A stretch of 33,663 nt of DNA from an uncultured Dehalococcoidales bacterium. GTDB taxonomy: Bacteria > Chloroflexota > Dehalococcoidia > Dehalococcoidales > UBA2162. Below are positions 1 through 8,208 of this stretch, piece after piece. The stretch covers positions 1 through 33,663 of the forward strand of contig CAYSQK010000001.1 in assembly GCA_964433075.1 (NCBI GenBank), written 5' to 3'. The position numbers and the translations under genes are program-made. Position 1 is the first letter of the stretch, and each line of letters opens with the position of its first letter. Below the pieces are notes generated by a model that saw only the letters and a list, made by a program, of their open reading frames with translations, searched no databases and was not told the origin of the DNA.

Positions 1-559
1 TACAGAAAACATCATTGGCGTAGATGAATTCTCCGCCGGGGTTTATCAGGCAGATACCGTCAGAGGCGCTGTCAAGCATTCTGGCTCTGACCAGTAATTC
101 TTCTTCGTTTTTTCGGTGCCGGGTGATATCGGAAGTGATTTCGATGACGCCGGTGATATTTCCTTCATCATTCAGCAGCGGCAGGCCGCGGACGAGCCAG
201 TGTCTGCCGTCTGATGTTGCCATTTCGGCCGATTGTTTTTTGCCGGTGGAGTGCACTTTGAGTATCGGACAACCGGGACACGGGTCTTTCCGGTTGTGCC
301 AGATTTGGTAACATCTCTTTCCCACCAGGGCTTCGGGGGCGCTCCGGACTGATGCAGCAGCGGCCTGATTGACCCACAACAGGTGCATGTCCGTGTCCTG
401 GAATGCAACCATGTCATCGATGGTATCAAGAACATCGATTCTTTTTACAGGAAGTATCCGGTGTGCTAAAGACTCCTCCAGTACCGAGAGTTTTTGCCGC
501 AGTTCGGCTATCTCTGATACGAGCTGGTCTCTGGTCAAATTTTCGGTCACGCGGGTCAC
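1..559 (-). CDS. PAS-domain sensor protein, N-terminal portion (gene continues beyond the left edge)
   Basis: Absent from the ORF track because it has no stop inside the window. The reverse frame is open from 559 down to 1, with an in-frame TGA at 569-571. Candidate GTG starts are at 559 and 550, the latter about 10 nt after GGAAGGA. The translation starts VTRVTENLTRDQLVSEIAELRQKLSVLEESL (coiled coil). It continues DTIDDMVAFQDTDMHLLWVNQAAAASV...GKRCYQIWHNRKDPCPGCPILKV...RHWLVRGLPLLNDEGNITGVIEITSDITRHRKNEEEL, a PAS-like pattern. A second PAS-like start follows (ARMLDSASDGICLINPGGEFIYAN). The track ORFs at 24-663 are shadows of this frame. Confidence 0.7.
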   Translation of the reverse strand, partial: MTRVTENLTRDQLVSEIAELRQKLSVLEESLAHRILPVKRIDVLDTIDDMVAFQDTDMHLLWVNQAAAASVRSAPEALVGKRCYQIWHNRKDPCPGCPILKVHSTGKKQSAEMATSDGRHWLVRGLPLLNDEGNITGVIEITSDITRHRKNEEELLVRARMLDSASDGICLINPGGEFIYANDVFC

Positions 560-656
560 ATCCTTCCATCACGGACGCAGGGTACGAGCATCCTTTATTT
601 TGTTTCTTTCATTATCACGTTGTGAAGTTAATAGAAAGTAAAGACACTCACTACGT

Positions 657-685
657 AGTGTAAGATTTGACACACAATTTGTCAA
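657..685 (-). promoter_or_regulatory. Putative sigma70-like promoter for the PAS sensor gene
   Basis: Reverse strand reads TTGACA (685-680), 17-nt spacer, TACACT (662-657). The -35 is part of a short inverted repeat TTGAC-N9-GTCAA (667-685). Confidence 0.3.
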
Positions 686-789
686 CTTGTATTGCTTGAA
701 AAAGCGGCGACTGATGAAAAATGTGCACAAATATCGGGGTTAAAAACAATTAATAAAAAGGCGTGCGCTGCACAAAAGAACGAAACGGG

Positions 790-2409
790 TTATTCGACCG
801 ATATGATGTACCGGTAGTGCGGCTGTTCGCCGTCGATCAGACCGAGTTCGATGTCAGGGTATTGTTCGTTTATCCGGCGGCTGATTTCTTCCGCTTCGGC
901 TTTATTTATATCTTTTCCGTAGTAGACGGTGACAAGTTCGTATTGAGCGAGGTCGATTATCTCACAAATTTTCAGGATACAGTCGGCTGCATCAGTGCAG
1001 TCGGCAATCAGTTTGCCGTCGAGCAGACCGATAACGTCTCCCTGTTTGATATCCAGGTTGTTGATATTCACTGAGTTGATTGCGGTGGTAATCTCGATTG
1101 TTTTCACATTCCGGAAGCCGGCGGTCATCCGGTCGATGTTGCTCTGATAATCAGCTTCGGGGACGTATTCCACCATGGCTGAAATACCCTGTGGAACGGT
1201 TTTCGTGGGAATGACGGTAACCGTTTTTTCGGTGAGCGACCGGACGAGGAGGGCGGTCGAAATAACATTCTTGTTGTTCGGCAGGATGATGACGTTATCC
1301 GAATCGACTTTTTCAACTGTTTGAAGAATGTCCATGGTGCTGGGATTCATTGTCTGGCCGCCGGGGACGACGGCAGCAATGCCGAGGTCGGCAAATACGT
1401 TGACCATGCCGGGACCGTTAACGACAGCGATGACGGCCGTCCCGATTTTCCCTTGATTACACTGCCGTATCATGAGGAAATCCTGGTGCTGTTCATCCAT
1501 GTCACCGATTTCGATATCGGTGACGGTCCCGAACGGCGATACGGCCTGCATGACCGATTCGGTATCTTTCGTGTGAATGTGTACCCGGAGGGTGGATTCG
1601 TCTCCGATGACAATCAGTGATTCTCCGAGGTTTTCGAGCGTTTCCCGCACTTCTTTTGCTTTCAGGTTTTCACCTTCTATCATGAACTGGGTACAGAATC
1701 CGTAGAATATTTCATCGGCAGCGTGATTGTTATTTCCTTTAACGAGCGGTCGACCGTGAGAAAGTAATTCGGGTACCCGGCCGTGTCCGTCGCTGCTGAT
1801 GTGCAGGAGGGCACCTTCGAGGAATGTGAATAATCCGTGCCCGCCGGCATCGACGACACCGGCTTCTTTCAGGACAGGCAGGAGACCGGGGGTTTCCATG
1901 ACGGACGCCCTGGCGCCGTGAACGGCTGCTGTCAGCACCGAAACGAAGGTTGCCCCGGGAGTATCGGCTGATTTTCGGGCGGCTGAGGCGGCATCCCGGA
2001 TAACCGTCAACATCGTTCCTTCGACCGGATGGGTCAACGATGTGTAAGCTGTGTCCGACGCGTTCTCCAACGCTCTGGCGAAGGTATCGGCGTCGATTAT
2101 TTCTTTCCCTTTCAGTTCTTCAGCCATGCCGTGCAGTATCTGAGAGAGAATAACGCCGCTGTTGCCGCGCGCTCCCATGAGGGCACCCTTATCGATAGCA
2201 TAGGCAACCGAGGCAACACTGCCGTTGGAGGCAGCGGCGGCTTCGAGGCTGGCGCGGAGTGTGGCAACCATGTTGGTACCGGTATCGCCGTCAGGCACCG
2301 GAAACACGTTCAGGGCATTGATATCATCGATAATCGTTTCCAGCCAGTCGGCACCGGCGTGAAAAAGATTCTTTAAATCGTAACCGTCAAGAACAGCTTT
2401 CGCATTCAT
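790..2409 (-). CDS. fakA: DAK2-domain fatty acid kinase catalytic subunit (YloV/FakA family)
   Basis: 539-aa ORF. The N-terminal DhaL/Dak2-type motif NVFPVPDGDTGTNM and the length match YloV/FakA. It starts 20 nt after a DegV gene on the same strand. Confidence 0.85.
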   Translation of the reverse strand: MNAKAVLDGYDLKNLFHAGADWLETIIDDINALNVFPVPDGDTGTNMVATLRASLEAAAASNGSVASVAYAIDKGALMGARGNSGVILSQILHGMAEELKGKEIIDADTFARALENASDTAYTSLTHPVEGTMLTVIRDAASAARKSADTPGATFVSVLTAAVHGARASVMETPGLLPVLKEAGVVDAGGHGLFTFLEGALLHISSDGHGRVPELLSHGRPLVKGNNNHAADEIFYGFCTQFMIEGENLKAKEVRETLENLGESLIVIGDESTLRVHIHTKDTESVMQAVSPFGTVTDIEIGDMDEQHQDFLMIRQCNQGKIGTAVIAVVNGPGMVNVFADLGIAAVVPGGQTMNPSTMDILQTVEKVDSDNVIILPNNKNVISTALLVRSLTEKTVTVIPTKTVPQGISAMVEYVPEADYQSNIDRMTAGFRNVKTIEITTAINSVNINNLDIKQGDVIGLLDGKLIADCTDAADCILKICEIIDLAQYELVTVYYGKDINKAEAEEISRRINEQYPDIELGLIDGEQPHYRYIISVE

Positions 2410-2429
2410 CTTTCATAACCGTACAGTGT

Positions 2430-3287
2430 TTATTTTTCAGAATAGAATGATACGGACAAGACCGGGCCGACCGCTCCGCCCATGACGGGTGAGAACGGCG
2501 TGTAGTAGAGTTCAACGGGTTTATATTTTTCCACAACCATTGTTTTCAGTAGTTCTCCGTTTTCCGGAGAAGAACTGTAGTGGACGTTGATATGGACGGG
2601 TTTTCCCGGGTCGATATACGGCTCCATCAACTCGACCATTTTCTGCATGGCTTTGTCGGTACCGCGGGCCCGACCGATATTTTCGACTTCACCGGTGTTG
2701 TTGACCATCCCGATAATCGGTTTTACCTGGAACAGTTCACCCATGTAGGCTGTTTTCGGCGCCCGGCCGATTTTTATGAGAAGTTTCAATGTATCGAGGG
2801 CGGTCATATAGCGGACACGAGGTATCATGTCCTGAGCGACCTGTATTACTTCCGACAGACTTTTACCCGCTTCGGCGGCACGGGCCATTTCGAGGACGAT
2901 GAATCCTTCTGCACCGGAGGCGGTACGGCTGTCGATAATTTCTACCTTTATTTCCGGATGGTCTTTGACAAAGAGGTCGCGCGCCTGGACAGCTGATTCC
3001 CAGGTAGCGCTCAGGGCTTTCGAGACGAAGGTACAGGCGATACTGTCCGTTGTCCGTCCGAGTTTGTCGAATGCTTTGATGAAGTCGGCCGGCGCCGGTG
3101 CGGCGGTGCTGAATTCCTTGACATCAGAGGCGGTTTTCCAGAATTCTTCCGGGGTGATGTCCGTCATGTCATGGTACAGCCGGCCGTTGATATGGAGGAG
3201 AATGGGAACCACCTGGATATCGTATTTCTGAATATCTTCCTGAGTCAGACAGGCAACGGTATCGGTAACGATTCCTACCCTGGGCAT
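2430..3287 (-). CDS. DegV-family fatty-acid-binding protein (FakB-like)
   Basis: 285-aa ORF with the typical DegV N-terminus (VGIVTDTVACLTQEDIQKYDIQVVPI). RBS GGAGGG lies 4 nt before the ATG. It sits immediately upstream of fakA. Confidence 0.85.
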   Translation of the reverse strand: MPRVGIVTDTVACLTQEDIQKYDIQVVPILLHINGRLYHDMTDITPEEFWKTASDVKEFSTAAPAPADFIKAFDKLGRTTDSIACTFVSKALSATWESAVQARDLFVKDHPEIKVEIIDSRTASGAEGFIVLEMARAAEAGKSLSEVIQVAQDMIPRVRYMTALDTLKLLIKIGRAPKTAYMGELFQVKPIIGMVNNTGEVENIGRARGTDKAMQKMVELMEPYIDPGKPVHINVHYSSSPENGELLKTMVVEKYKPVELYYTPFSPVMGGAVGPVLSVSFYSEK

Positions 3288-3323
3288 TGTTCCCTCCTGT
3301 ATCAGTCAATAATGTGAAGATGC

Positions 3324-3344
3324 ATACCTAGCATGTCTAGGTAT
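3324..3344. promoter_or_regulatory. Perfect 8-bp inverted repeat ATACCTAG-N5-CTAGGTAT, candidate operator or 5' leader hairpin of the degV-fakA unit
   Basis: Read directly: ATACCTAG at 3324-3331 and CTAGGTAT at 3337-3344. It lies 6-26 nt downstream of the putative -10 at 3350-3355 on the reverse strand. Confidence 0.4.
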
Positions 3345-3349
3345 ATTCA

Positions 3350-3378
3350 ACAATAATGAATATCTCATGAATTGTCAA
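3350..3378 (-). promoter_or_regulatory. Putative promoter of degV-fakA
   Basis: Reverse strand reads TTGACA (3378-3373), 17 nt, TATTGT (3355-3350). Confidence 0.4.
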
Positions 3379-3410
3379 GAGGGGTATGATAAGAACATAA
3401 CGGGATAATA

Positions 3411-3460
3411 AAAACCCTGATTGTCTATTATCCGCAGATAAAGACAATCAGGGTTTTTTC
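3411..3460. terminator. Intrinsic terminator after the upstream degV (symmetrical, A-run/T-run flanked)
   Basis: A 14-bp stem, AACCCTGATTGTCT (3413-3426) pairing with AGACAATCAGGGTT (3442-3455). It is flanked by A-rich sequence 5' and TTTTTT 3'. Confidence 0.8.
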
Positions 3461-3485
3461 TCATCTTTTTCGGGTGCGGCAGCGG

Positions 3486-4322
3486 TTAAGCTTCTCTGAC
3501 AGACAGCGCCATGGCCCCGGGACCGGCATGAACACCGATTGCCGGACCGATTCTGGCTGTTACCACCTGTTTTTGTTTGACGAGCGGCTGTAATCGTTCG
3601 GCAAAGCTTTGCGCTTCATCCCGGGTGGTGGTGTACATGACGGACATGTCCTGAATATCCTGACAGCCTTTGGCGAAATCTTCGAGGATATCGAAGCCTT
3701 TTGCCTGACTTCTCGCTTTCGTAGCCGGTACCAGTTCGCCGTCTTTCATGGCCAGTATCGGTTTGATATTGAGGATAGAGCCCATCAATGCTTTCGATTT
3801 TCCGATGCGGCCGCCCATGGCAAGGTACTTGAGGGTATCGAAAAGTGCCCAAAGGTGGGTTTTCGGTACGGAATCTTTTACTTCTTTGACGACTGAAGAA
3901 AAATCGTTCGAAGAAGCGGCAAGCCGGGCGGCGAAGGTGGCAACCAGGCCGATTCCCATCGAAACGGATAACGTATCGATGACCTCAATCGGACAGCGGT
4001 TTTCCATCAGCTGCTTTGCCTGGAGTGCCGAGCTGCAGGTGCCGCTGAGTTTGCTTGAAATATGAACCGAGATGATGCCGTCGGCTTCTTCAGCCAGCTT
4101 TGTGTATACCTCGGCGAAGTCCTGGGGATTCGGCTGTGACGTCGTCGGGTGTATGGGGTCGGTTGTCAGTCTCTGGTAGAATGTTTCCCCGGAGATGTCG
4201 ACGCCGTCACGGTACACCTCGTGCCCGAAACGAACGTATAAAGGAACGACGGTAATACCGAGTTCTTCGGCTAATGCCTGCGGAATGTCGGCGGTGCTGT
4301 CGGTAACGATTCTGATTGTCAA
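3486..4322 (-). CDS. DegV-family fatty-acid-binding protein (FakB-like), second copy
   Basis: 278-aa ORF beginning (M)TIRIVTDSTADIPQALAEELGITVVPLYV. TTG start at 4322 is preceded by GGAG with a 7-nt spacer. It has its own terminator. Confidence 0.85.
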   Translation of the reverse strand: MTIRIVTDSTADIPQALAEELGITVVPLYVRFGHEVYRDGVDISGETFYQRLTTDPIHPTTSQPNPQDFAEVYTKLAEEADGIISVHISSKLSGTCSSALQAKQLMENRCPIEVIDTLSVSMGIGLVATFAARLAASSNDFSSVVKEVKDSVPKTHLWALFDTLKYLAMGGRIGKSKALMGSILNIKPILAMKDGELVPATKARSQAKGFDILEDFAKGCQDIQDMSVMYTTTRDEAQSFAERLQPLVKQKQVVTARIGPAIGVHAGPGAMALSVREA

Positions 4323-4360
4323 GGTTATGCTCCTGCTTAACTGTTTATTTCCCTGATTTT

Positions 4361-4389
4361 ACTATACCATACCGTGGAAAGTATTAGTA
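4361..4389 (-). promoter_or_regulatory. Putative extended -10 promoter for degV (3486-4322)
   Basis: Reverse strand reads TGGTATAGT (4369-4361). The -35 is weak, TACTAA (4389-4384), at 17 nt. Confidence 0.35.
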
Positions 4390-4400
4390 CTGCAGAAGCA

Positions 4401-4439
4401 CGAAAAAAGCCCGGCACACCCCTGTAACGGAGCGTGCCG
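4401..4439 (-). terminator. Possible weak intrinsic terminator after the cupin gene
   Basis: Reverse strand has stem CGGCAC/GTGCCG (4439-4434 / 4417-4412) with a 16-nt loop, then GGC and TTTTTT (4408-4403). The large loop makes this a weak call. Confidence 0.35.
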
Positions 4440-4494
4440 AACGTTACGAACGCTGAGCAATGTCAGACCGGATGCGGCATGTTCGTCTTCCGGT

Positions 4495-5013
4495 CTATAC
4501 TCTGTCTTTGAGATGGTGTTTTGTATAGACCCTTTCGAGGAGGTCGTTCATGATGTCGTTCATCTTTTTCCCGCCGGATTCATCGAATGCCACCGGGTCA
4601 CGTTTCGCGTCTGCCCCGATGAGCATTATCTCTACCTGGATAATCGGCCGGTCAATTCTGGTTACGGCCATCGGGCAGTGCGGTAGACCTTCCGGGAGGG
4701 AAACGATGACCGGTTTTGTAAAGACGTACTTTTCGAGCTCCATACCCATGTAGAGTTCGACTTCTCCGCCGAAATCTTCGGGGTCGTTCGGATTCCCGCC
4801 GTACCAGGCGAGAAATTCCTGGAAGTTATGGACATGGGTCGGGTTGTTCGATACGAAGGGCTTGGTGACGAACTGGTGCCCCATCGTCATGTCATAGCCG
4901 AGGTCGTTATACCGCACCATCATGCCGTTGAATACCAGTCGTCCGTTGTCATGCGAGTGTATCTGGCTCGGTTTCGGAAAGGTCATCAGGTGTTCATACT
5001 GTCTTCCTGCCAT
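4495..5013 (-). CDS. Monocupin protein of an unrecognised family (paralogue A)
   Basis: 172-aa ORF with RBS GAGGT 7 nt before the ATG. Cupin motifs are HVHNFQE...G (HxHxxxE) and LPEGLPHCP (PxGxxH). It is paralogous to ORFs 7166-8164 and 18146-19033. Confidence 0.75.
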   Translation of the reverse strand: MAGRQYEHLMTFPKPSQIHSHDNGRLVFNGMMVRYNDLGYDMTMGHQFVTKPFVSNNPTHVHNFQEFLAWYGGNPNDPEDFGGEVELYMGMELEKYVFTKPVIVSLPEGLPHCPMAVTRIDRPIIQVEIMLIGADAKRDPVAFDESGGKKMNDIMNDLLERVYTKHHLKDRV

Positions 5014-5049
5014 ATGCAGTACCTCATTACAAATTCGTTCAACCGGGTG

Positions 5050-5069
5050 GGGGCGGGTGCACCCGCCCC
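5050..5069. other. GC-rich perfect palindrome (8-bp stem, UGCA loop) between the enolase-family gene and the cupin gene
   Basis: GGGGCGGGTGCACCCGCCCC read directly. A T-rich tail (GGATTTTCGCTTGTTT) occurs only on the + strand, although both flanking genes are on the - strand. Confidence 0.6.
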
Positions 5070-5096
5070 GGATTTTCGCTTGTTTCGGAAACGGGT

Positions 5097-6266
5097 TTAT
5101 TTCCCGACGATAACCGGCTTTTTCCCGGGGGTTATGAGTTTCCGGAGTATCGGCTCATTCAGGTCGACGCCGAGTCCCGGCCCTTCCGGTACGTACAGGT
5201 AGCCGCCTTCGTAGCGCGGAACATTAAGCGAAAGGTCTTTCTTAATCTTCGGTTTGACGGTGTTGTAGGTGTCGTGGAGGAGCATCGGCCCGAGGTTTTC
5301 CTGTTCGAGCCTGCCCATCCAGGCGGAGGCTGCCAGGAAATGTCCCTGATGCGAGGCTTCGAAGCCGGACCCGCCCATGCAGCCGCACATGACCGGCAGG
5401 TCAGCCGCCTGGGCGATCGATACCCATTTCAATGCCTTGCAGATACCGCCGACTTTGGCGAGTTTGATGAAGAGGGCGTCGGCAGCGTCTTTCTCGATGA
5501 TTTCAAGAAGGTGGCTGAGTTCGGTGGCGGATTCATCGGCGCAGATTGGGGTGGCAACTTTCTTCCGAAGCCTGGCGAGGCTGTCGATGTCCCACCACGG
5601 TACCGGCTGTTCCGCCATGAAAAGGTCGAACTTGTCCATTTTTCTGAGAGCATTGAGCGCTTCGAGGTAGTCCCAGCCGCCGTTAGCATCGATTGCCAGC
5701 CTGGCATCGTAGCCGATAACCTTCCGGATGGCTTCAAGGTTGGCGACATCCTGCGCCACGGTTGTCCGCGACATGTGCCCGACCTTCAGCTTGACACTGG
5801 TGAACCCGGTTTCGAGGGCTTCTCTGGCTTTTTGCGCAAGCTGCTCCGGCGTGCCGCCGTTGATAACCATGCTGAGGGGTATTTTCGGCGTGGAGAGACC
5901 GCCGATAAGCTCATACACCGGTACCCCGAGTTTTTTCCCCATGATATCGTAGAGCGCCGCATCGACGGCATCGATTGCCTGGTTGTTGTTCTTCGTGGCG
6001 ACATCGATTGCGGCGATTATTTTCTCGATGTTGAAGGGGTTCTCGCCGAGGAGAATTTTTGGTGCGAAAACACCGGCAATCATGGCGATTATCGATTCCT
6101 GAGTGCTGCCGATGTAATCTTCCGCGATATGGCCGGTTTCACCCATGCCGACGATTCCTTCATCGGTGTGGACCTTGATGAAGACGCTCGGCATGCCGAT
6201 GGTCGTTCCGCCGGGGCGTTCTCTCGGGAATGAAATGGGATAACATTCTACTTTCGTTATTTTCAT
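5097..6266 (-). CDS. Enolase-superfamily enzyme, muconate-lactonizing-enzyme (MLE) subgroup-like
   Basis: 389-aa ORF. It carries SVKLKVG (KxK), IDANGGW, MAEQPV and CADES (metal ligands). It also has FIKLAKVGG, the strand-6 Lys motif seen in dipeptide epimerase, NSAR and OSBS-type members. Confidence 0.8.
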   Translation of the reverse strand: MKITKVECYPISFPRERPGGTTIGMPSVFIKVHTDEGIVGMGETGHIAEDYIGSTQESIIAMIAGVFAPKILLGENPFNIEKIIAAIDVATKNNNQAIDAVDAALYDIMGKKLGVPVYELIGGLSTPKIPLSMVINGGTPEQLAQKAREALETGFTSVKLKVGHMSRTTVAQDVANLEAIRKVIGYDARLAIDANGGWDYLEALNALRKMDKFDLFMAEQPVPWWDIDSLARLRKKVATPICADESATELSHLLEIIEKDAADALFIKLAKVGGICKALKWVSIAQAADLPVMCGCMGGSGFEASHQGHFLAASAWMGRLEQENLGPMLLHDTYNTVKPKIKKDLSLNVPRYEGGYLYVPEGPGLGVDLNEPILRKLITPGKKPVIVGK

Positions 6267-6289
6267 ACGGTTCCTTTCATTTCCTTTCT

Positions 6290-7048
6290 TTACTGCATTG
6301 TCGAGCCGCCGTCGACGCAGATAATCTGCCCGACGATATCGGCTGAAACGTCCGATACCAGGAATGCCACGGTATTGGCGATATCCTGAACGGTTGTCGC
6401 TCTTCCTATCGGGGTATGCGGTGTGAAGTTTTTTACTATTTCGTCGGGCGGTGTGTCGTCGAAATTCGTCAGCGCCCAGCCGGGAGCGACCGAATTGATG
6501 GTAATACCGTTGGTAATCATCTGTTTGGCGAGTCCCCGGGTAAAGACGTAATTGGCGCCCTTGGCGATGGCATAGGGAGAAACGCCGGAGAAGGCCATCT
6601 TGACGACACTCGACGTAATGTTGACGATTTTTCCGTATTGACGTTTCATCATGTCGGGTATGACCGCCTGTGAGCAGAACATGGCTCCTTTCAGATTCAG
6701 ATTGATATTCCTGTCCCAGTTTTCTTCATCCTGTTCGAGAAACTCACCGCCCCGGATAACGCCGCCGGCGTTGTTGACGAGGATGTCGATTCTTCCGAAT
6801 TCATTCAGAACCTTTTCCACCATTGCCTGAACCGAGCTTTTTTTCGTGACGTCTGCCGGCACGACGACAACCTTCCGTCCGGTACGACGCACTTCAGCGG
6901 CTGTTTTTTCGGCATCGTCGGGGTTTTTGTCGTTCACGGCGATATCACAGCCTTCTTTTGCCAGCGTCAGGCAGACGGCTTTTCCGAACCCTATCTGACT
7001 GCCGGCGCCTGTAACCAGTGCTACCTTGTCCTTGAGTCCCAGGTCCAT
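6290..7048 (-). CDS. Short-chain dehydrogenase/reductase (FabG-like SDR)
   Basis: TGAGSQIG Rossmann motif, NNAG, and the catalytic YAIAK (YxxxK). I chose the start at ATG 7048 (MDLGLKDKVALVTGAG) because AAGGAGG lies 6 nt upstream. The track ORF extends to 7096. Confidence 0.85.
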   Translation of the reverse strand: MDLGLKDKVALVTGAGSQIGFGKAVCLTLAKEGCDIAVNDKNPDDAEKTAAEVRRTGRKVVVVPADVTKKSSVQAMVEKVLNEFGRIDILVNNAGGVIRGGEFLEQDEENWDRNINLNLKGAMFCSQAVIPDMMKRQYGKIVNITSSVVKMAFSGVSPYAIAKGANYVFTRGLAKQMITNGITINSVAPGWALTNFDDTPPDEIVKNFTPHTPIGRATTVQDIANTVAFLVSDVSADIVGQIICVDGGSTMQ

Positions 7049-7165
7049 ATATACCTCCTTTTCATTGTGGCAGGAGTGGGAGAAGCGGTATGACAACAGG
7101 TCAGGTTCAGAAGAGGGACTGGTAACGGTGCATTTGAAGGAATACCCCTTTCCTTCGGTTCCGGA

Positions 7166-8164
7166 CTAGATTAGGGTATATTTCCCGATGCCTTGCCCGA
7201 CCGGGTAAGACATCAGGAAGAAGAGCTGTTTTTCGATGTTTCTGATAATAAGAGGTCCCTGTTCGACATTCGGCGGGATGAATGCCCCGAAACTTTTTCT
7301 GATGATATGTTTTTCTCCGCCAATCCACAGTTCAGCTTCGGCGCACAGGTCGGTGATATCGTCATAGTTCATGGCGTGGATGACGATTGTTGTCCCGAAA
7401 GGTTCCGTGTGTTTTTCCATCAGTTTCTGCCCGGAGGCCGAATGGTCGCCCGGCAGCAGCCACATCGTTTCGCAGCCGAACTCGGCGCCGGGGATGACTT
7501 CATCATTGATGATAGCTATCGGGCGGGTATAACGGGGGTCTGTCCGGCACATGAAAGCCGGTCTGGCGGCGGAGTGCTGCCCGCCGAAGACGAAATATTT
7601 CAGGTTTTCCTGCGTTGTTTTCAGGGGATGTCCAGGTACCGGCTGCTGTCGTGAATCCTCCGGGTGTTCTTCTTCCCGGGTATAGTATCCAGGGCCGGAC
7701 GTCCAGTGGCAAACCGGGTTCGAAGTCACCCGTGCCCCGGAAGGTCTGACCGGCATGTGCTGCATACCGGCAGGAATGTACGCTACCCAGCTTGCCGGCA
7801 GCGGTATTTCTTCGTCTCCCATAATCATTGCCATCCCGCTGGTGTCCTCCGGGTGGTCGGGGTCGGTCCCCCACCAGGACAGCAGTTCGGGAAAATCATG
7901 GACGTGGGCAAACATCGGTTTCGGGTTCGAAGGTATTCTGGCGAGTTCGTCCGGAGGTATCTGGCCGGGGTAATGCTGCGGCCAGACCCAGGTGGTTTCA
8001 CCGTAAAAAGCGCTGGGGATAATGTCTTTATCGAGCCAGAGAACGTGTTCCATGCTGATTCTCTGGCCGCGGGCGGCCAGCTTTTTCCTTTCTTCCGGAT
8101 TGGGGCCGGGAAGCATGTCCTGTTTGAACAGTTCAGTGCAGATGTACGGTTCGTACGTTCCCAT
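7166..8164 (-). CDS. Bicupin protein, same unrecognised family (paralogue B); N-terminal half has the intact metal motif
   Basis: 332-aa ORF with RBS AAGGAG 5 nt before the ATG. The N-half has HVHDFPELLSWWGTDPDHPED...IPAGMQHMP. The C-half is degenerate (HTEPFG...NYDDITDLCAEAEL...IPPNVEQGP). Confidence 0.75.
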   Translation of the reverse strand: MGTYEPYICTELFKQDMLPGPNPEERKKLAARGQRISMEHVLWLDKDIIPSAFYGETTWVWPQHYPGQIPPDELARIPSNPKPMFAHVHDFPELLSWWGTDPDHPEDTSGMAMIMGDEEIPLPASWVAYIPAGMQHMPVRPSGARVTSNPVCHWTSGPGYYTREEEHPEDSRQQPVPGHPLKTTQENLKYFVFGGQHSAARPAFMCRTDPRYTRPIAIINDEVIPGAEFGCETMWLLPGDHSASGQKLMEKHTEPFGTTIVIHAMNYDDITDLCAEAELWIGGEKHIIRKSFGAFIPPNVEQGPLIIRNIEKQLFFLMSYPVGQGIGKYTLI

Positions 8165-8208
8165 GGCTGCTCCTTTTTCGGGTGAAAGGTGCAGGTTTTA
8201 TTGGAGAG

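Noticed and set aside
24-663. Five short ORFs in the track at the left edge (24-311, 168-377, 172-435, 369-641, 403-663).
   Set aside because: All overlap the reverse-strand frame that is open from 559 to 1 and translates into a convincing coiled-coil plus PAS sequence. The track omitted that ORF only because it has no stop within the window.
5050-5069. The GC-rich palindrome as a REP/MITE-like dispersed repeat.
   Set aside because: Only one copy is present in the window. The other GC-rich hairpins (11825, 31851) have unrelated sequences and sit at gene ends as ordinary terminators.
5274-6233. Long antisense ORFs: 319 aa opposite the enolase gene, 425 aa at 16804-18081 opposite the SDR, 246 aa at 15657-16397 opposite the URO-D gene, and 226 aa at 23153-23833 opposite prfA.
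   Set aside because: Each lies entirely inside a strongly supported gene on the other strand. They lack an RBS and have Arg/Gly/Pro-rich low-complexity translations, typical of shadow ORFs in moderately GC-rich DNA.
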